This document shows positions 10,256 to 20,049 of a stretch of DNA of 64,000 bases, piece by piece. The notes under the pieces are model-generated. The model had not been told where the DNA came from, ran no database searches, and saw only the letters and a list, made by a program, of their open reading frames with translations. The stretch spans positions 18,354-82,353 of IMG/VR virus record IMGVR_UViG_3300036831_000050; one strand, given 5' to 3'. Each line of letters opens with the position of its first letter. Positions within the stretch are counted from its first letter, which is position 1. The position numbers and the translations under genes are program-made. The stretch is from a virus.

Positions 10256-11003
10256 ACTGAAGTTAGCGACTTACTACGACAGCGCGCCGCTGCATGTGCT
10301 GGCGGAGTACATGCGCGACCGCGTGTGGCTGGACGTGATGACGGGGGAGGGCCTGCTCAAGCGCGTCCGCATCGTGCAGATCATCGTCGGCCGTCGGGCC
10401 GAGCAGGTCGTCTTCAAGCAGCAGTGGCTTGAGGGTGGCGGCAACGTCATCGAGCTGTGCAAGCAGCGCATCGTCGTGGACGGCTGTAGCATCTGGCAGG
10501 TCGGCGTCACGCAGTACACGGTGGACGAGATCGCGCCGTGGGGGGCAGCGAAGCTAGAGGTGGTCGATGTGGGCGAGCAGTTCGATGACGTGATGCGTCA
10601 GCTCGTCGTGGAGGCAGTGCTGGAGTGCACCGAGGAAATCTTCAAGGTCAAGCGCGACAAGCTCCTCCAGACGAGTGGGGACTGGCGCGAGTGTCACCAT
10701 CGACACCAGGCCATTCTTGTCATCTACGAGATGACTGACTACAGGCCCGCCGATCTCTGCAAGAACGTCTTTGGCTACGCTTCGCAGGGGCCGTGGTTGA
10801 CGGCCAGGGGCAAGTGTCAGAAGCCGCAGAACTACCACACTGCGTATGGGCAGGAGTATTACCAGCGACGATTGGCGCAGGCCGAGGGCATGGTCAAGGC
10901 CGTGCGACAGATCGGCAAAGCCGCCGACAGGCGACTCAACGCGCGCTACCGGCGCCCCGAGAGCTGTCCGTTCCCCCAGGACTACAAGCCGGTGCTCCGC
11001 TGA
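10248..11003 (+). CDS. Protein with DnaA domain IV-like C-terminal half
   Basis: VLECTEEIFKVKRDKLL...RHQAILVIYEMTDY...LCKNVFG aligns by eye to the DnaA C-terminal DNA-binding domain. Confidence 0.5.
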   Translation: MAELKLATYYDSAPLHVLAEYMRDRVWLDVMTGEGLLKRVRIVQIIVGRRAEQVVFKQQWLEGGGNVIELCKQRIVVDGCSIWQVGVTQYTVDEIAPWGAAKLEVVDVGEQFDDVMRQLVVEAVLECTEEIFKVKRDKLLQTSGDWRECHHRHQAILVIYEMTDYRPADLCKNVFGYASQGPWLTARGKCQKPQNYHTAYGQEYYQRRLAQAEGMVKAVRQIGKAADRRLNARYRRPESCPFPQDYKPVLR

Positions 11004-11490
11004 TGGACAGCGCCCAGACGTACAGAGCTTTCACCCGCGCCCGTGACCTCCGCCTGGCCGACCTGCACTACGACGGGACCTACAAACTGACACGCGGGGG
11101 CAGGGACTTCCTCGACATGGTGGACTTCCTGCGCTCGATAGACGACCGCGCGGGGGCCGCCAGCTCTTCGTCGCCTTTGGCGGCAGGCTCGGAGCAGGCG
11201 GCACCCCAACGCGGCGGCACACCGAGGGGCACACGCCAGGGGGATGATCGCCCGACGGCGCGCGGTGCGCGGAGTAAGCGTACATGAAGCTGCGGAGCCA
11301 CCTACGGCGCGTCTTGAGTCGGCACGTAGTGCTGCACACCAGCGTCGCCCTGGACATGGTGAACCGACCCTACTTCACGGTCTACCGCGACACCGATCTC
11401 ATTGGCGTGGGCCTGTCCTGGGGCAACCGACTGAGTGACCCCGTGTGGTCCATCGACATCGAGCTGTGGAGGAGACCGATCAAGCTATGA
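11003..11490 (+). CDS. Two small hypothetical proteins (11003-11287, 11284-11490)
   Basis: Coupled ORFs in the operon. Confidence 0.5.
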
Positions 11491-12716
11491 AGCTGCCCAA
11501 CAACAGCATCGGCATCTCGGACATCATCAACTACCGAGAGTGTCCGCAGCGCATGGCGTTCAACATGCGCCGTCACATCGAACTGCCGGAGAGACTTCAG
11601 CTCGAACCCGGCGAGCGCGACGAGCCACCTGGGCACACCAACTGGACCAATGCCTACGGGTCGGCCATTCACGACGCGATGCACCTCGTTGACAAGGAAG
11701 GTCTCACCCATGAGCAGGCGATTCACGAAGTGATGCTGCGCTGGGGGACCTACCTTGACCCCGGCGACATCGACCAGTTACGGGACGACTTGAGTCTGTT
11801 CGAGAAGCGCCGTCCGCTCGGCGTCACTCTCGTCGGCTCGGAGATGGAGGCGCGAGTCCCGCTCTTCGCCCATGAGACCGAGGGCCAAATCTACTTCCGG
11901 TTCCGCATCGACGCGCTACACCGCCTGATCGCGAACCCCGGCATCTTCCTGCACCGCGACTACAAGTCGAGCAAGTGGCGCAAGTCACCGGCCGAGGTGC
12001 ACTCAGACCCACAGATGTGGTCGTACAACTGGGGCATACATGAGTGGTTCCCCGAGTGCCAGTTCCTCCAGCAGACCTACGACCAGCTCCGCTTCGGTGA
12101 GGTGCCGACCAGCAAGAACGACGCGCAGCGGGCCACGATCAAGCAGTGGCTCATCGAGAACGTCCGCGTCATCATGGCGGACGAGACCTACAAGCCGAAG
12201 CAGAACGACTTTTGCCGCTACTGCCCGCTCGTTGTCACGTGCCGGGAGACACAGCGCGCCACTGACTACTGGAAGGGGCGCCTGGCACTGACTGCGCCGC
12301 TGACGAAGGAAGGTCGCAAAGTGCGGGTCGCGTTCGAGGCCGAGGGCGAGGAGCTGGCGCGCGTCGTGCGCGAGGAGCTGCCGAAGATGAGCGGCACCCG
12401 CAAGCACATCGAGCATGTTGAAAAGGTGTTGAAAACTATGTTGGCAGAGATGTCGATAGAGCAGCGCCAGGAGCTTGGCTGGCAGCTCAAAGACCGCCGC
12501 AGTAAGACGATTCCGCCCGACGGACTGCGCGAGCTGCACGCGATGATGGGTGACACCTTCTACCAACTTGTCAACATGTCGATGTCAACACTGGAGGAGC
12601 ACACCGGCAAGCCGAAGAAGGGCGAGCCAGTGCCCGCCGAACTTGAGGTGGCCCGTAACTGGCAGACCGAGGAGGTGACCGGGACCAACCTCGTCCCTGC
12701 AAACAGCGAGGACTAG
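11487..12716 (+). CDS. PD-(D/E)XK exonuclease (RecB/Cas4-like)
   Basis: ECP, GSAIH, FRIDAL, DYKS, QMWSY and CRYCP...C Fe-S-type cysteines. Confidence 0.85.
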   Translation: MKLPNNSIGISDIINYRECPQRMAFNMRRHIELPERLQLEPGERDEPPGHTNWTNAYGSAIHDAMHLVDKEGLTHEQAIHEVMLRWGTYLDPGDIDQLRDDLSLFEKRRPLGVTLVGSEMEARVPLFAHETEGQIYFRFRIDALHRLIANPGIFLHRDYKSSKWRKSPAEVHSDPQMWSYNWGIHEWFPECQFLQQTYDQLRFGEVPTSKNDAQRATIKQWLIENVRVIMADETYKPKQNDFCRYCPLVVTCRETQRATDYWKGRLALTAPLTKEGRKVRVAFEAEGEELARVVREELPKMSGTRKHIEHVEKVLKTMLAEMSIEQRQELGWQLKDRRSKTIPPDGLRELHAMMGDTFYQLVNMSMSTLEEHTGKPKKGEPVPAELEVARNWQTEEVTGTNLVPANSED

Positions 12717-12720
12717 CCCC

Positions 12721-12749
12721 TTGAAACCACCCGGCGCTCGCGCTAGGGT
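12721..12749 (+). promoter_or_regulatory. Sigma-A-type promoter of the replication operon
   Basis: TTGAAA-17 bp-TAGGGT in the intergenic region. Confidence 0.5.
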
Positions 12750-12950
12750 GGCCGCAGACAGGGACAAGCCCCCTGCGACCGGAGAGTCTGGCGGACACCG
12801 GAAGCACGGGACCTGTCCTGGGATGATGCGAAACCGAGGCAGATGCAGGCTATTCGTGCCGTACCTTCAGGCCGTCCGTGGCCCGTTCTGCATCGGTGTC
12901 CGAACCAGTGTACCGAAGGCCACAACAGTGGTCAAGAGGAGGGAGAGAGT

Positions 12951-13880
12951 GTGAGCTGGGAAGCGTTAGGGCGCGTGTGGGAGAGGGAGATCACCCCCGC
13001 CGCCCGCAAACTTGTCGCCGTGGCCATCGCAGACGCGGCGAGCGAGGAGTGTGTGTGTTGGCCAAGCCACAAGAGTCTCGCAACGAAGTGCTCACTCAGC
13101 GTTGACAGTGTGCGCGGGCACCTCCGGGCCTTGGAAGATGAGCAGGTCATCGAGAAAGAGTCGCGCGTCCGAGAGAACGGGTCGCAGACTTCCAACACCT
13201 ATGTCATCTTGCGGGCGCCGGACGATTCACCCCCCGGAGCCGGTTCACAGGGGGGTGTGGACGGGTCCACAGGGGGGGGTGTGAACGGGTCCACCCCCCA
13301 GAACCACCATGAAGAACCACCAGAGAACCCCACAGACGGTGCGGAGGGGGTGGGCGACGGGCGGCTGTTCGACTCCGACCCCGTGGCCGAGGTGTTCGAG
13401 CACTACAAGGTCACCGTCCCTGGCAAGGCCGACTCCCGACTGACCCAGCCGACGCGGAAGCTCATCAAGCGCGCCCTGGACGAGCGTCCTATCGACCGAC
13501 TCAAGTTGGCCATCAACGGCCTCGCCGTCAGCCAGCACCACATCGACGGCGGCTGGCTCGGCATTCAGTACGCCATCGGCAAGGTCAAGCAGAGCGAGAC
13601 CCCCGGCGACCGCATCGACATGATGGCCGCCAAAGCGCCTGCTCAGTCCAACAGTTCAGACGGTGGGGTCACAGTTGACGAGCTGCTGCGCACTGTTCCG
13701 TCCGACCGCCACTGGATCATTCGGGACACGATGAGTCTGGTCATCGCCGCCATCAAGCGCGGCGAGCGCGCCGAGCGCGAGGAGGAGATGTTGCGTCGTT
13801 CCCCAGGAGTCGAGCCGATCATCGTGACCGCCAGGGTGGACCAGCCGCCCGAGTTCAAGGGGTGGAGGCGGGTGTCATGA
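12951..13880 (+). CDS. Replication initiator (N-terminal HTH, lambda O-like organisation)
   Basis: CWPSHKSLATKCSLS...LRALE...R..NGSQTSNTY winged HTH; GAGGAGGGAG RBS; internal iterons; upstream of DnaB. Confidence 0.8.
   Translation: MSWEALGRVWEREITPAARKLVAVAIADAASEECVCWPSHKSLATKCSLSVDSVRGHLRALEDEQVIEKESRVRENGSQTSNTYVILRAPDDSPPGAGSQGGVDGSTGGGVNGSTPQNHHEEPPENPTDGAEGVGDGRLFDSDPVAEVFEHYKVTVPGKADSRLTQPTRKLIKRALDERPIDRLKLAINGLAVSQHHIDGGWLGIQYAIGKVKQSETPGDRIDMMAAKAPAQSNSSDGGVTVDELLRTVPSDRHWIIRDTMSLVIAAIKRGERAEREEEMLRRSPGVEPIIVTARVDQPPEFKGWRRVS
13226..13335 (+). repeat. Iteron-like direct repeats, probable replication origin
   Basis: CACAG(G)nTGTGRACGGGTCCAC x2 (13246-13293) plus GAACC(A/C)C x3 inside the initiator gene. 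Confidence 0.6.
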
Positions 13881-14239
13881 GTCATGGCAGCGACCCGCTC
13901 AGCACGGGCTTCGAGAACCGGAAGAATGCCTACTGGTGCCCGGAGTGTCATGGCTACGTCGTGACCATCGACTTGGACGAGGGTGTCACACCGATGTTCC
14001 TGGCCTGCCGCGTCCTGGGTGAACCGAAGGACCCGGCCAACACGTGCACCGGCCGGATGCACTCGATGATGTACCCCGAGGAGCCGTGGCCAGCCGAGGA
14101 CGGCTACGGCAACCCGATTCCCACCGTGCCGACCTGGGAGTGGTACATGCCCGACGCCGCCGAGCTGCGGAAGATGGGCCGCGAGGGCCGAGAGCACGCA
14201 CGCAAGGGCGGCCTGTCACTGAGGCAGCGCAATGCGTGA
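13877..14239 (+). CDS. Zn-binding hypothetical protein
   Basis: CPEC...C...C motif; ATGA overlap. Confidence 0.65.
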   Translation: MSHGSDPLSTGFENRKNAYWCPECHGYVVTIDLDEGVTPMFLACRVLGEPKDPANTCTGRMHSMMYPEEPWPAEDGYGNPIPTVPTWEWYMPDAAELRKMGREGREHARKGGLSLRQRNA

Positions 14240-14744
14240 CGTGAACTTCGGCTACTGGGTCGAGCGCAGCTTGGCCAACATGGGCGTCGGCCCGCTGGAC
14301 GGCCCTGTCATCTTCGGCAGTGCTGTCATGAAGCTGCACGGTCTCAAGGACGAGATCGGGGACGTGGACCTGTTCGTAACACCGAGCGCCTATCACCGGC
14401 TGCGCGGCCAGGGGTGGGAGGAGCTGCGGCCCGTACCGGAGGACCCGCCGTTCCTAGAGGCGCAGTCGATCATCGAGCGCACCCTGTCAGCCGCCAAGGT
14501 CATGGACTTCCACGCCTTCCACGCATGGACCAGCCGCGACGCCTGGCTGGACCTGCCCGAGGCGGTGGCGACGGCCGAGCGCGTCTGCGGCCTGATGTGC
14601 GTGCGACTGGAGTTGGTCGCTAAGTGGAAGCAGGAGGCGTTGACGTGGTGTGTCAAGCACGGCGTCGAGATTCCCGGCTCACCGTGGGAGAAGCACATCG
14701 CAGACCTGAACACGCTGGTCGGGGCGGGGGTGACACCAGCATGA
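14232..14744 (+). CDS. Minimal nucleotidyltransferase-like protein
   Basis: IFGSAVM..HGL...GDVDLF is a Pol-beta superfamily GS...DxD motif. Confidence 0.55.
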   Translation: MRDVNFGYWVERSLANMGVGPLDGPVIFGSAVMKLHGLKDEIGDVDLFVTPSAYHRLRGQGWEELRPVPEDPPFLEAQSIIERTLSAAKVMDFHAFHAWTSRDAWLDLPEAVATAERVCGLMCVRLELVAKWKQEALTWCVKHGVEIPGSPWEKHIADLNTLVGAGVTPA

Positions 14745-16132
14745 GCGAGATCATGGCCATGCCGATCAACCGCGAGGCCGAGTGGTCTGTCATCGCTCGC
14801 ATGCTCAACCAGCCTGACATCATCGGTGAGATCATCGGCGTGCCCATCGAGCAGCAGGACTTCTCCGACGGCGACACGCGGCTTCTCTACGCAACTTGTG
14901 TTGAGCGGTACTACAGCGGTCAGCCCGTTGACCCGCTCATCGTGGGCGAGGTGGTGCGCGAAGACCTGGCGGCTGCGTGGGGCATGACCGACAGTCGTGG
15001 GGTGTCCGGTCAGCTCGTCCAGCGTGTCCGGCAGGCCGAGGTGGGCGGCAACGTGCTGGACCACGCGGCGCTCGTCAAGCGGCTCTCGGTGGCACGCCAG
15101 CTAGACATGGTGTGCTTCCAGGCGATCACCCAGCTCCGCGACGGCCAACTGACACCCGAGGAGGTGGCCGACCAGCTCTCCACCGAGGCCCTACAGATCA
15201 CGGCAGGCTCGCTGCGGCGCTCCGAGCTACTGGGGTGGATGGACGTGGGCCGTCAGTACGCCATTCAGCTCGAACGGATCATGAAGGCCAGGCAGCAGGG
15301 CATCGAGATCGGCGTCTACACCGGCCACTCGTTCATCGACAAGTGGACGCAGGGCATCGGTCCCGGCGAGCTGTGCTTCCTGGCGGGAGACCCCGGCGTG
15401 GGCAAGACGGCGGTTGCGTGGTCGGCGGCGATGGGTTTCGCCCGACGGCAGATGCAGCGTAAGCCCGAGCAGCGCGTTGGCACGCTGATGCTGTCCATGG
15501 AGATGAACCTGTTTGGGTCCACGATGCGCATGGTCCAGTCACTTACAGGGATCGACGGCGGCAAGCTGCGGACCGGCGACCTGACACGCGACGAGTTCCA
15601 CCACATCTTGCGCGAGTGGAAGAACCGCGAGCAGCTACCCATGCACTTCAACTTCGCCAGCAACTTCAGGCTGTCACAGATGCGGGCGCTCATCACCGAG
15701 GCCATTCGCAAGGCGAACATCGGCTTCGTTGTCATCGACCACTTCCGCATGATCGACACCGACCGGCGCTACACCAACCCCAATCAGGAGGACGAGGCCA
15801 AGGTCCGCTTCCTGAAGGAATCGTTGGCCAAGGACTTGAACATCGCCGTGCTCTGCCTGGCGCACACTGTGAAGGTGGGGCGTGGTCAGGGCGGCGAGTC
15901 ACCCAAACCAAGACTGTCAGACCTTCGAGGCTCAGGTCAGGTGTCAGCGCACGCCGACTTCGTGGGCTTCATGTGGAACCCCAGCAAGTACATGTCAGAA
16001 GAGGCACGGTACGAGATGGGGCTACTCCGTGACAACGAGATGGAGCTGTCATGGGAGAAGAGCCGCTTCGGACCAGGCGGTAGTGAGAAGTTCCTGTTCG
16101 AGGCAGACAAAATGCGGGTGCTACCCGCCTAA
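14741..16132 (+). CDS. dnaB: Replicative DNA helicase
   Basis: EAEWSVI N-terminus, GDPGVGKT Walker A, SMEM, VIDH, PRLSDLRGSGQV..HAD. Confidence 0.95.
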   Translation: MSEIMAMPINREAEWSVIARMLNQPDIIGEIIGVPIEQQDFSDGDTRLLYATCVERYYSGQPVDPLIVGEVVREDLAAAWGMTDSRGVSGQLVQRVRQAEVGGNVLDHAALVKRLSVARQLDMVCFQAITQLRDGQLTPEEVADQLSTEALQITAGSLRRSELLGWMDVGRQYAIQLERIMKARQQGIEIGVYTGHSFIDKWTQGIGPGELCFLAGDPGVGKTAVAWSAAMGFARRQMQRKPEQRVGTLMLSMEMNLFGSTMRMVQSLTGIDGGKLRTGDLTRDEFHHILREWKNREQLPMHFNFASNFRLSQMRALITEAIRKANIGFVVIDHFRMIDTDRRYTNPNQEDEAKVRFLKESLAKDLNIAVLCLAHTVKVGRGQGGESPKPRLSDLRGSGQVSAHADFVGFMWNPSKYMSEEARYEMGLLRDNEMELSWEKSRFGPGGSEKFLFEADKMRVLPA

Positions 16133-16145
16133 CGAGAGGAGCAGC

Positions 16146-17054
16146 ATGGAAGGTTCAGACCCATTCGCGCAGGTCGAGACAACGGGAGAGAACGACCCGT
16201 TCGCCGGGACCGAGTTCGGTGACTTCGAGCAGCATGAGCCGACGACCGACGGCGACGGTGAGGCAAGCGGCGAACTGAAGACCGTCGATAAGGAAGGCAA
16301 CGAGGTGGCGCCAGGCCAGGCCGCCCCGGCGCACGCCCCGAACGACGGCGCCCAGAGCGGCACGCAGACAGAACCGGCCGCCCAGCCCACCAGCGAGGTG
16401 GACGTGCAGCCCCAGGCCGCCCCTGCGCCCGCTGAGGTGGCCCAGGAGGCCACGCCGGACCCTACGCCGTCCTCGCCGGAACCGTCGCCCGCAGCAACGC
16501 CCGACGCTTCGCCGCAGCCTGGGGAGCCTGCGCCGAGCGAACCGGCCGCTGCCGCTGCGCCGAGCGGGGAAAGCACCCCGGCTTCTACCGAGGCGACGAA
16601 TGGTGCTTCGGCGGAGCAGACGGGGGGTGACCAGGGCGACCCTACCCCAGCCTCGCCCGCGCAGCCTTCACCCGCCGCAACGTCCGACTCGTCCTCCAGC
16701 GAGTCGAGCGACGTGGAGGACGCACCGCTCCCTGAGGAGCCGAAGGACAAGCGCGGTCGGGCAACGGCGCGGCGGTATGTCATCTTGCGTGTCGATGGAC
16801 CGGGCAAGTTCACCCAGGTCCACTGGTACGAGAGTGCCGACGGCAAGATGCTGACCAAGCGCGAGCCTGGCAGCAAGCGTCAGACGGTGGCGCTGTGTAA
16901 GAACGCCGAGGACGCCCTGAAGGTCGGCTTCGCGGCGTGCGGCGGACCGCAGGATGGTGTCAACCTCGTCGCCACTGCGGCCCTGCACTTCCAGCCGAAG
17001 GTGGTCAAGCCCCTGCCCCCCGAGCCGTCGAAGCAGCGGCTTCAGATCAGCTAG
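16146..17054 (+). CDS. Hypothetical protein with long Pro/Ala/Ser/acidic disordered region
   Basis: GAGAGGAG RBS; low-complexity N-terminus and folded-looking C-terminal ~110 aa. Confidence 0.7.
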   Translation: MEGSDPFAQVETTGENDPFAGTEFGDFEQHEPTTDGDGEASGELKTVDKEGNEVAPGQAAPAHAPNDGAQSGTQTEPAAQPTSEVDVQPQAAPAPAEVAQEATPDPTPSSPEPSPAATPDASPQPGEPAPSEPAAAAAPSGESTPASTEATNGASAEQTGGDQGDPTPASPAQPSPAATSDSSSSESSDVEDAPLPEEPKDKRGRATARRYVILRVDGPGKFTQVHWYESADGKMLTKREPGSKRQTVALCKNAEDALKVGFAACGGPQDGVNLVATAALHFQPKVVKPLPPEPSKQRLQIS

Positions 17055-17056
17055 GC

Positions 17057-17969
17057 ATGGCCTCTGCACGGCAGCGTAGGCGGCGACTTGAGATGGCCCG
17101 TAACCACCAAGCCGCTCAGGATCGCCGTCTACGCGCCGCGCTCGATGAGCTGCCCGCCGTCGTGTCACCAAAGGCGATGGTGCAGCACATGGAGGAGCGC
17201 GGCTTCGAGCGAGACATGATGACCGGCAAATGGAGAGCGAGGCGCAGATGATCGGACGCAGAAACGGATGGCCCGTCGTGGACGGCGAGCCTGTCAAGCC
17301 GTACGAGTTGCCCGACGACCCCGCAGGCAACCAGCGAGAGCTACTACGGATGGCTCGCGAGGAGCAGAGGCGCATGGAGCGCGACCGCTCACTCTTCAGG
17401 CGCGGTGTTCGGGCGGTGGTCAAGGGGATCAACGCCCGCAAGGGTCGGGGGTTCGAGGTGACACTGCTCCGTCGCTGGACGCTGGAGTGTCACCGTCTAG
17501 CCACCAGCGGCGGCGAGAAGTTCCGCGTCGAGCTGTACCGCCGCCTGAAGTGGGACCTGAACGTGGAGTTCTGGAGGAGCCGATGAACGGCACGTACGCA
17601 GAGAAGGTCTCTACGGACAGACTCCAAGTGGACAGTTACCGTGTGCGACGGTGGACGCGCTTCACGCCAGGCAGGCCCGCCGAGCGCAAGGACCGCGAGG
17701 CGCATCTGGCGCGGGCCTCGCTGCTCATGACGACCAAGATGGCCGACACCATTCCCGACATGAAGGGCAAGGTGGAGCAGGTCCGCGTCAACGGCGAGCC
17801 TGAGCTGCTGTTCGAGATCACCGTGCTGGCCACCGACGAGGACGACGCCAGGAAGCGCGCCCTCTACCGCTTCGAGCGGGTGCTGACCACCAGGATTCCC
17901 ACCGGGCCGAGGCAGAGTGTGACACTCAGGCCGCCGTGGGGCAAGCTGGAGGTGGACAAGCAGTCATGA
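17057..17969 (+). CDS. Three small hypothetical proteins (17057-17251, 17248-17586, 17583-17969)
   Basis: ATGA-coupled ORFs. Confidence 0.55.
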
Positions 17970-18427
17970 CAGACCAGCGCCAGGGCGGGAAGGACATGAA
18001 GCTGAAGATCGCGGCGTGCCGTCAGGTCTACAGCGGTGTCAACCGGCGCGGCGATTCGTACACCATCTACGAGGTGGAGGCGCACCGCGCACAGGACGGA
18101 GTGAAGATCAACCAGAAGCTCCGCTCGTTCACGGCGCTGGCCATCGGCCAGGAGATCGAAGTGACGGTCGTGCCGTTCAACTCAGAGCAGCACGGCCGGA
18201 GCTTCACCCTGTACCCGAAGAACTCGAAGGGAGGGGTCAGCACGACCGACCAACTCAACGAGCTGAAAGAGCAACTGGACGAGGCGTTCAGCCGGATTGC
18301 CAAGCTGTCACAGCGGGTGGGCGCGCTAGAGGGGGCGCACCGCACCGAGACCGTGGCCGAGGTGAACGCTGGCGGGTCCGTCCAGAGTCGGGCGGCCCAG
18401 AACTTCGGAGATGACCCAGGTTTCTGA
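17966..18427 (+). CDS. Possible single-stranded DNA-binding protein
   Basis: Beta-rich N-terminus, coiled coil and acidic-aromatic tail DDPGF. Confidence 0.45.
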   Translation: MTDQRQGGKDMKLKIAACRQVYSGVNRRGDSYTIYEVEAHRAQDGVKINQKLRSFTALAIGQEIEVTVVPFNSEQHGRSFTLYPKNSKGGVSTTDQLNELKEQLDEAFSRIAKLSQRVGALEGAHRTETVAEVNAGGSVQSRAAQNFGDDPGF

Positions 18428-18651
18428 TGGCTGGCGAGGTGGTTAGAACCGAACTGGCGTCGCTCCGTGACGACATCGAGCGCGTCCGTGGCACCGAAGA
18501 GGTGGACGACGAGGAGCTGGCCCGCTGGGTGTCGGTCCTCGATGACGCACTGCTGCGGCTGGGCGGTCGCCCCTGCCCTGAGTGTGGTGGGCAGATGGAG
18601 TACAGCGCCACACTCCAGGCCCACGTCTGCCACCACTACGAGTCCGGCTAA
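18427..18651 (+). CDS. Small zinc-ribbon protein
   Basis: CPECGG...C motif. Confidence 0.6.
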   Translation: MAGEVVRTELASLRDDIERVRGTEEVDDEELARWVSVLDDALLRLGGRPCPECGGQMEYSATLQAHVCHHYESG

Positions 18652-18698
18652 GGACCAGACTTCAGTTCCGTCGTCGGCCGTGCTAAGCTCCCGCTCGG

Positions 18699-19358
18699 AT
18701 GATTGAAGCCTGCTCCACTGGCGGAGAGCAGACGGTTGGGGACCTTCGGTCCTTCGAGGGATTAGTCGTCAGCACCGCACGTATGTTCGCCTCCCGCATT
18801 GGCATGGAGGAGGACGACCTGGCGCAAGAGCTGCGCATCAAGGTCTGGAGCGTGATACCCCGCTACGACCCGGCACGCTCGCCCCTGACACTGGAGCGGT
18901 ACGTCTTCGGCGCGCTCACCAACAAGATCAAGGACTTCAAGCGCGGCGCGGGCCGAGAGGCCAAGCGCCGTGTCACGTTCGGGGTGGAGTTTCTGCACAT
19001 CGAGGACATGCGTGGCTGGGATGACCTGTCGCGCCAGGAAGCCTTCGATGGCCAGTTCCACTTCGTTGAGCGCGAAGAGGTGTTCTCCCAGATCGAGGAA
19101 GGGCGCTTTGTCCTACCCGCTGGTGTGACACACACCGAGGCGCGCGTGCTCGTCCTCCTGATGACCGACCACACCAAGAGCGAGATCGCGCTCCGGCTCG
19201 GCATCACCAAGACCGAGGTGTTCCGGTCGATGACGGCGTTGCGCGAAAAGTTTGCCGACTGGCGGCCGTCGCGGCCGAACTCCAGTCAGGTCGTAGAGAT
19301 CAGCACCGTACAAACGGTGCGGGCCGAGGACCAGCTAGTAGGGAGCCGCGCGGCGTAA
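18699..19358 (+). CDS. ECF-type sigma-70 family factor
   Basis: Region 2 EDDLAQELRIKVW...YDP...LERYVFGALTNKIKD; region 4 HTH TKSEIALRLGITKTEV; near-leaderless after TGCTAAGCT extended -10. Confidence 0.85.
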   Translation: MIEACSTGGEQTVGDLRSFEGLVVSTARMFASRIGMEEDDLAQELRIKVWSVIPRYDPARSPLTLERYVFGALTNKIKDFKRGAGREAKRRVTFGVEFLHIEDMRGWDDLSRQEAFDGQFHFVEREEVFSQIEEGRFVLPAGVTHTEARVLVLLMTDHTKSEIALRLGITKTEVFRSMTALREKFADWRPSRPNSSQVVEISTVQTVRAEDQLVGSRAA

Positions 19359-19444
19359 GGCATGCCGAACCAAGGTGCGCCGCGTATGGTCGTGGACCCC
19401 TGGCGGAAGAACCCGAACACACTCTCGACCCTCTGACGGCCGTC

Positions 19445-20049
19445 CTACGTGGCGGCCGTCGTCGTTCCTGACTGCTTGAGCTTGTGCTGGTGCTTCGCCC
19501 CCGTCGTGTGGGTCCGGGCGATGTTGACAGCGATGGCGTGGACGCCCTGCGTGGTGCCCTCGTAGTCACACATCGTGCACTTCGGGGTGTAGCTGCCGTC
19601 GCCGTTCCAGCGTACGGTGGCCACGTCGCCCTCGCGGACGATCTCCTCGCCGTCGTCAGTGAACCTGACGCTCACGGTGCCCTCCTCGCGGCGGCGTTGA
19701 GCGCGTCTAGCGAGTGCTGCATGCGCTCCACCTCGTCCTTCAGCTCCATGAGCTTCTGTTCGGTGTAGTGGGCCTCCAGGGGGATGGCGGCGCGCATCGC
19801 CTCCTCCATGGTGTCGAAGTCGCCAGCGCGTCCCTCCCATCGCTGCTGGTTCTTCCAGCGTTTGACGTGACTGCCCACCTCGTCCAGCGCCAGCACCCAG
19901 TCCTCGCGGTCGTCCTGGCCATCGCCAAAGCCACCATGGGCGCGCAGCCAGCGCAGCCCGTCAACCTCCACCTCGGCGTCGTACTTCATCTCCCGCCAGT
20001 GCCCCACCTTCAGCATGGCAGGCTGGTCCCAGTAGGTGATCTCGCTCAT
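19445..20049 (-). CDS. Two hypothetical proteins (19445-19675 C2H2-like; 19672-20049)
   Basis: Coupled leftward ORFs; CTMC...H....H. Confidence 0.6.

Noticed and set aside
11487-12716. cas4 as part of a CRISPR system
   Set aside because: No other cas genes or array; the context is an SSAP/recombination operon
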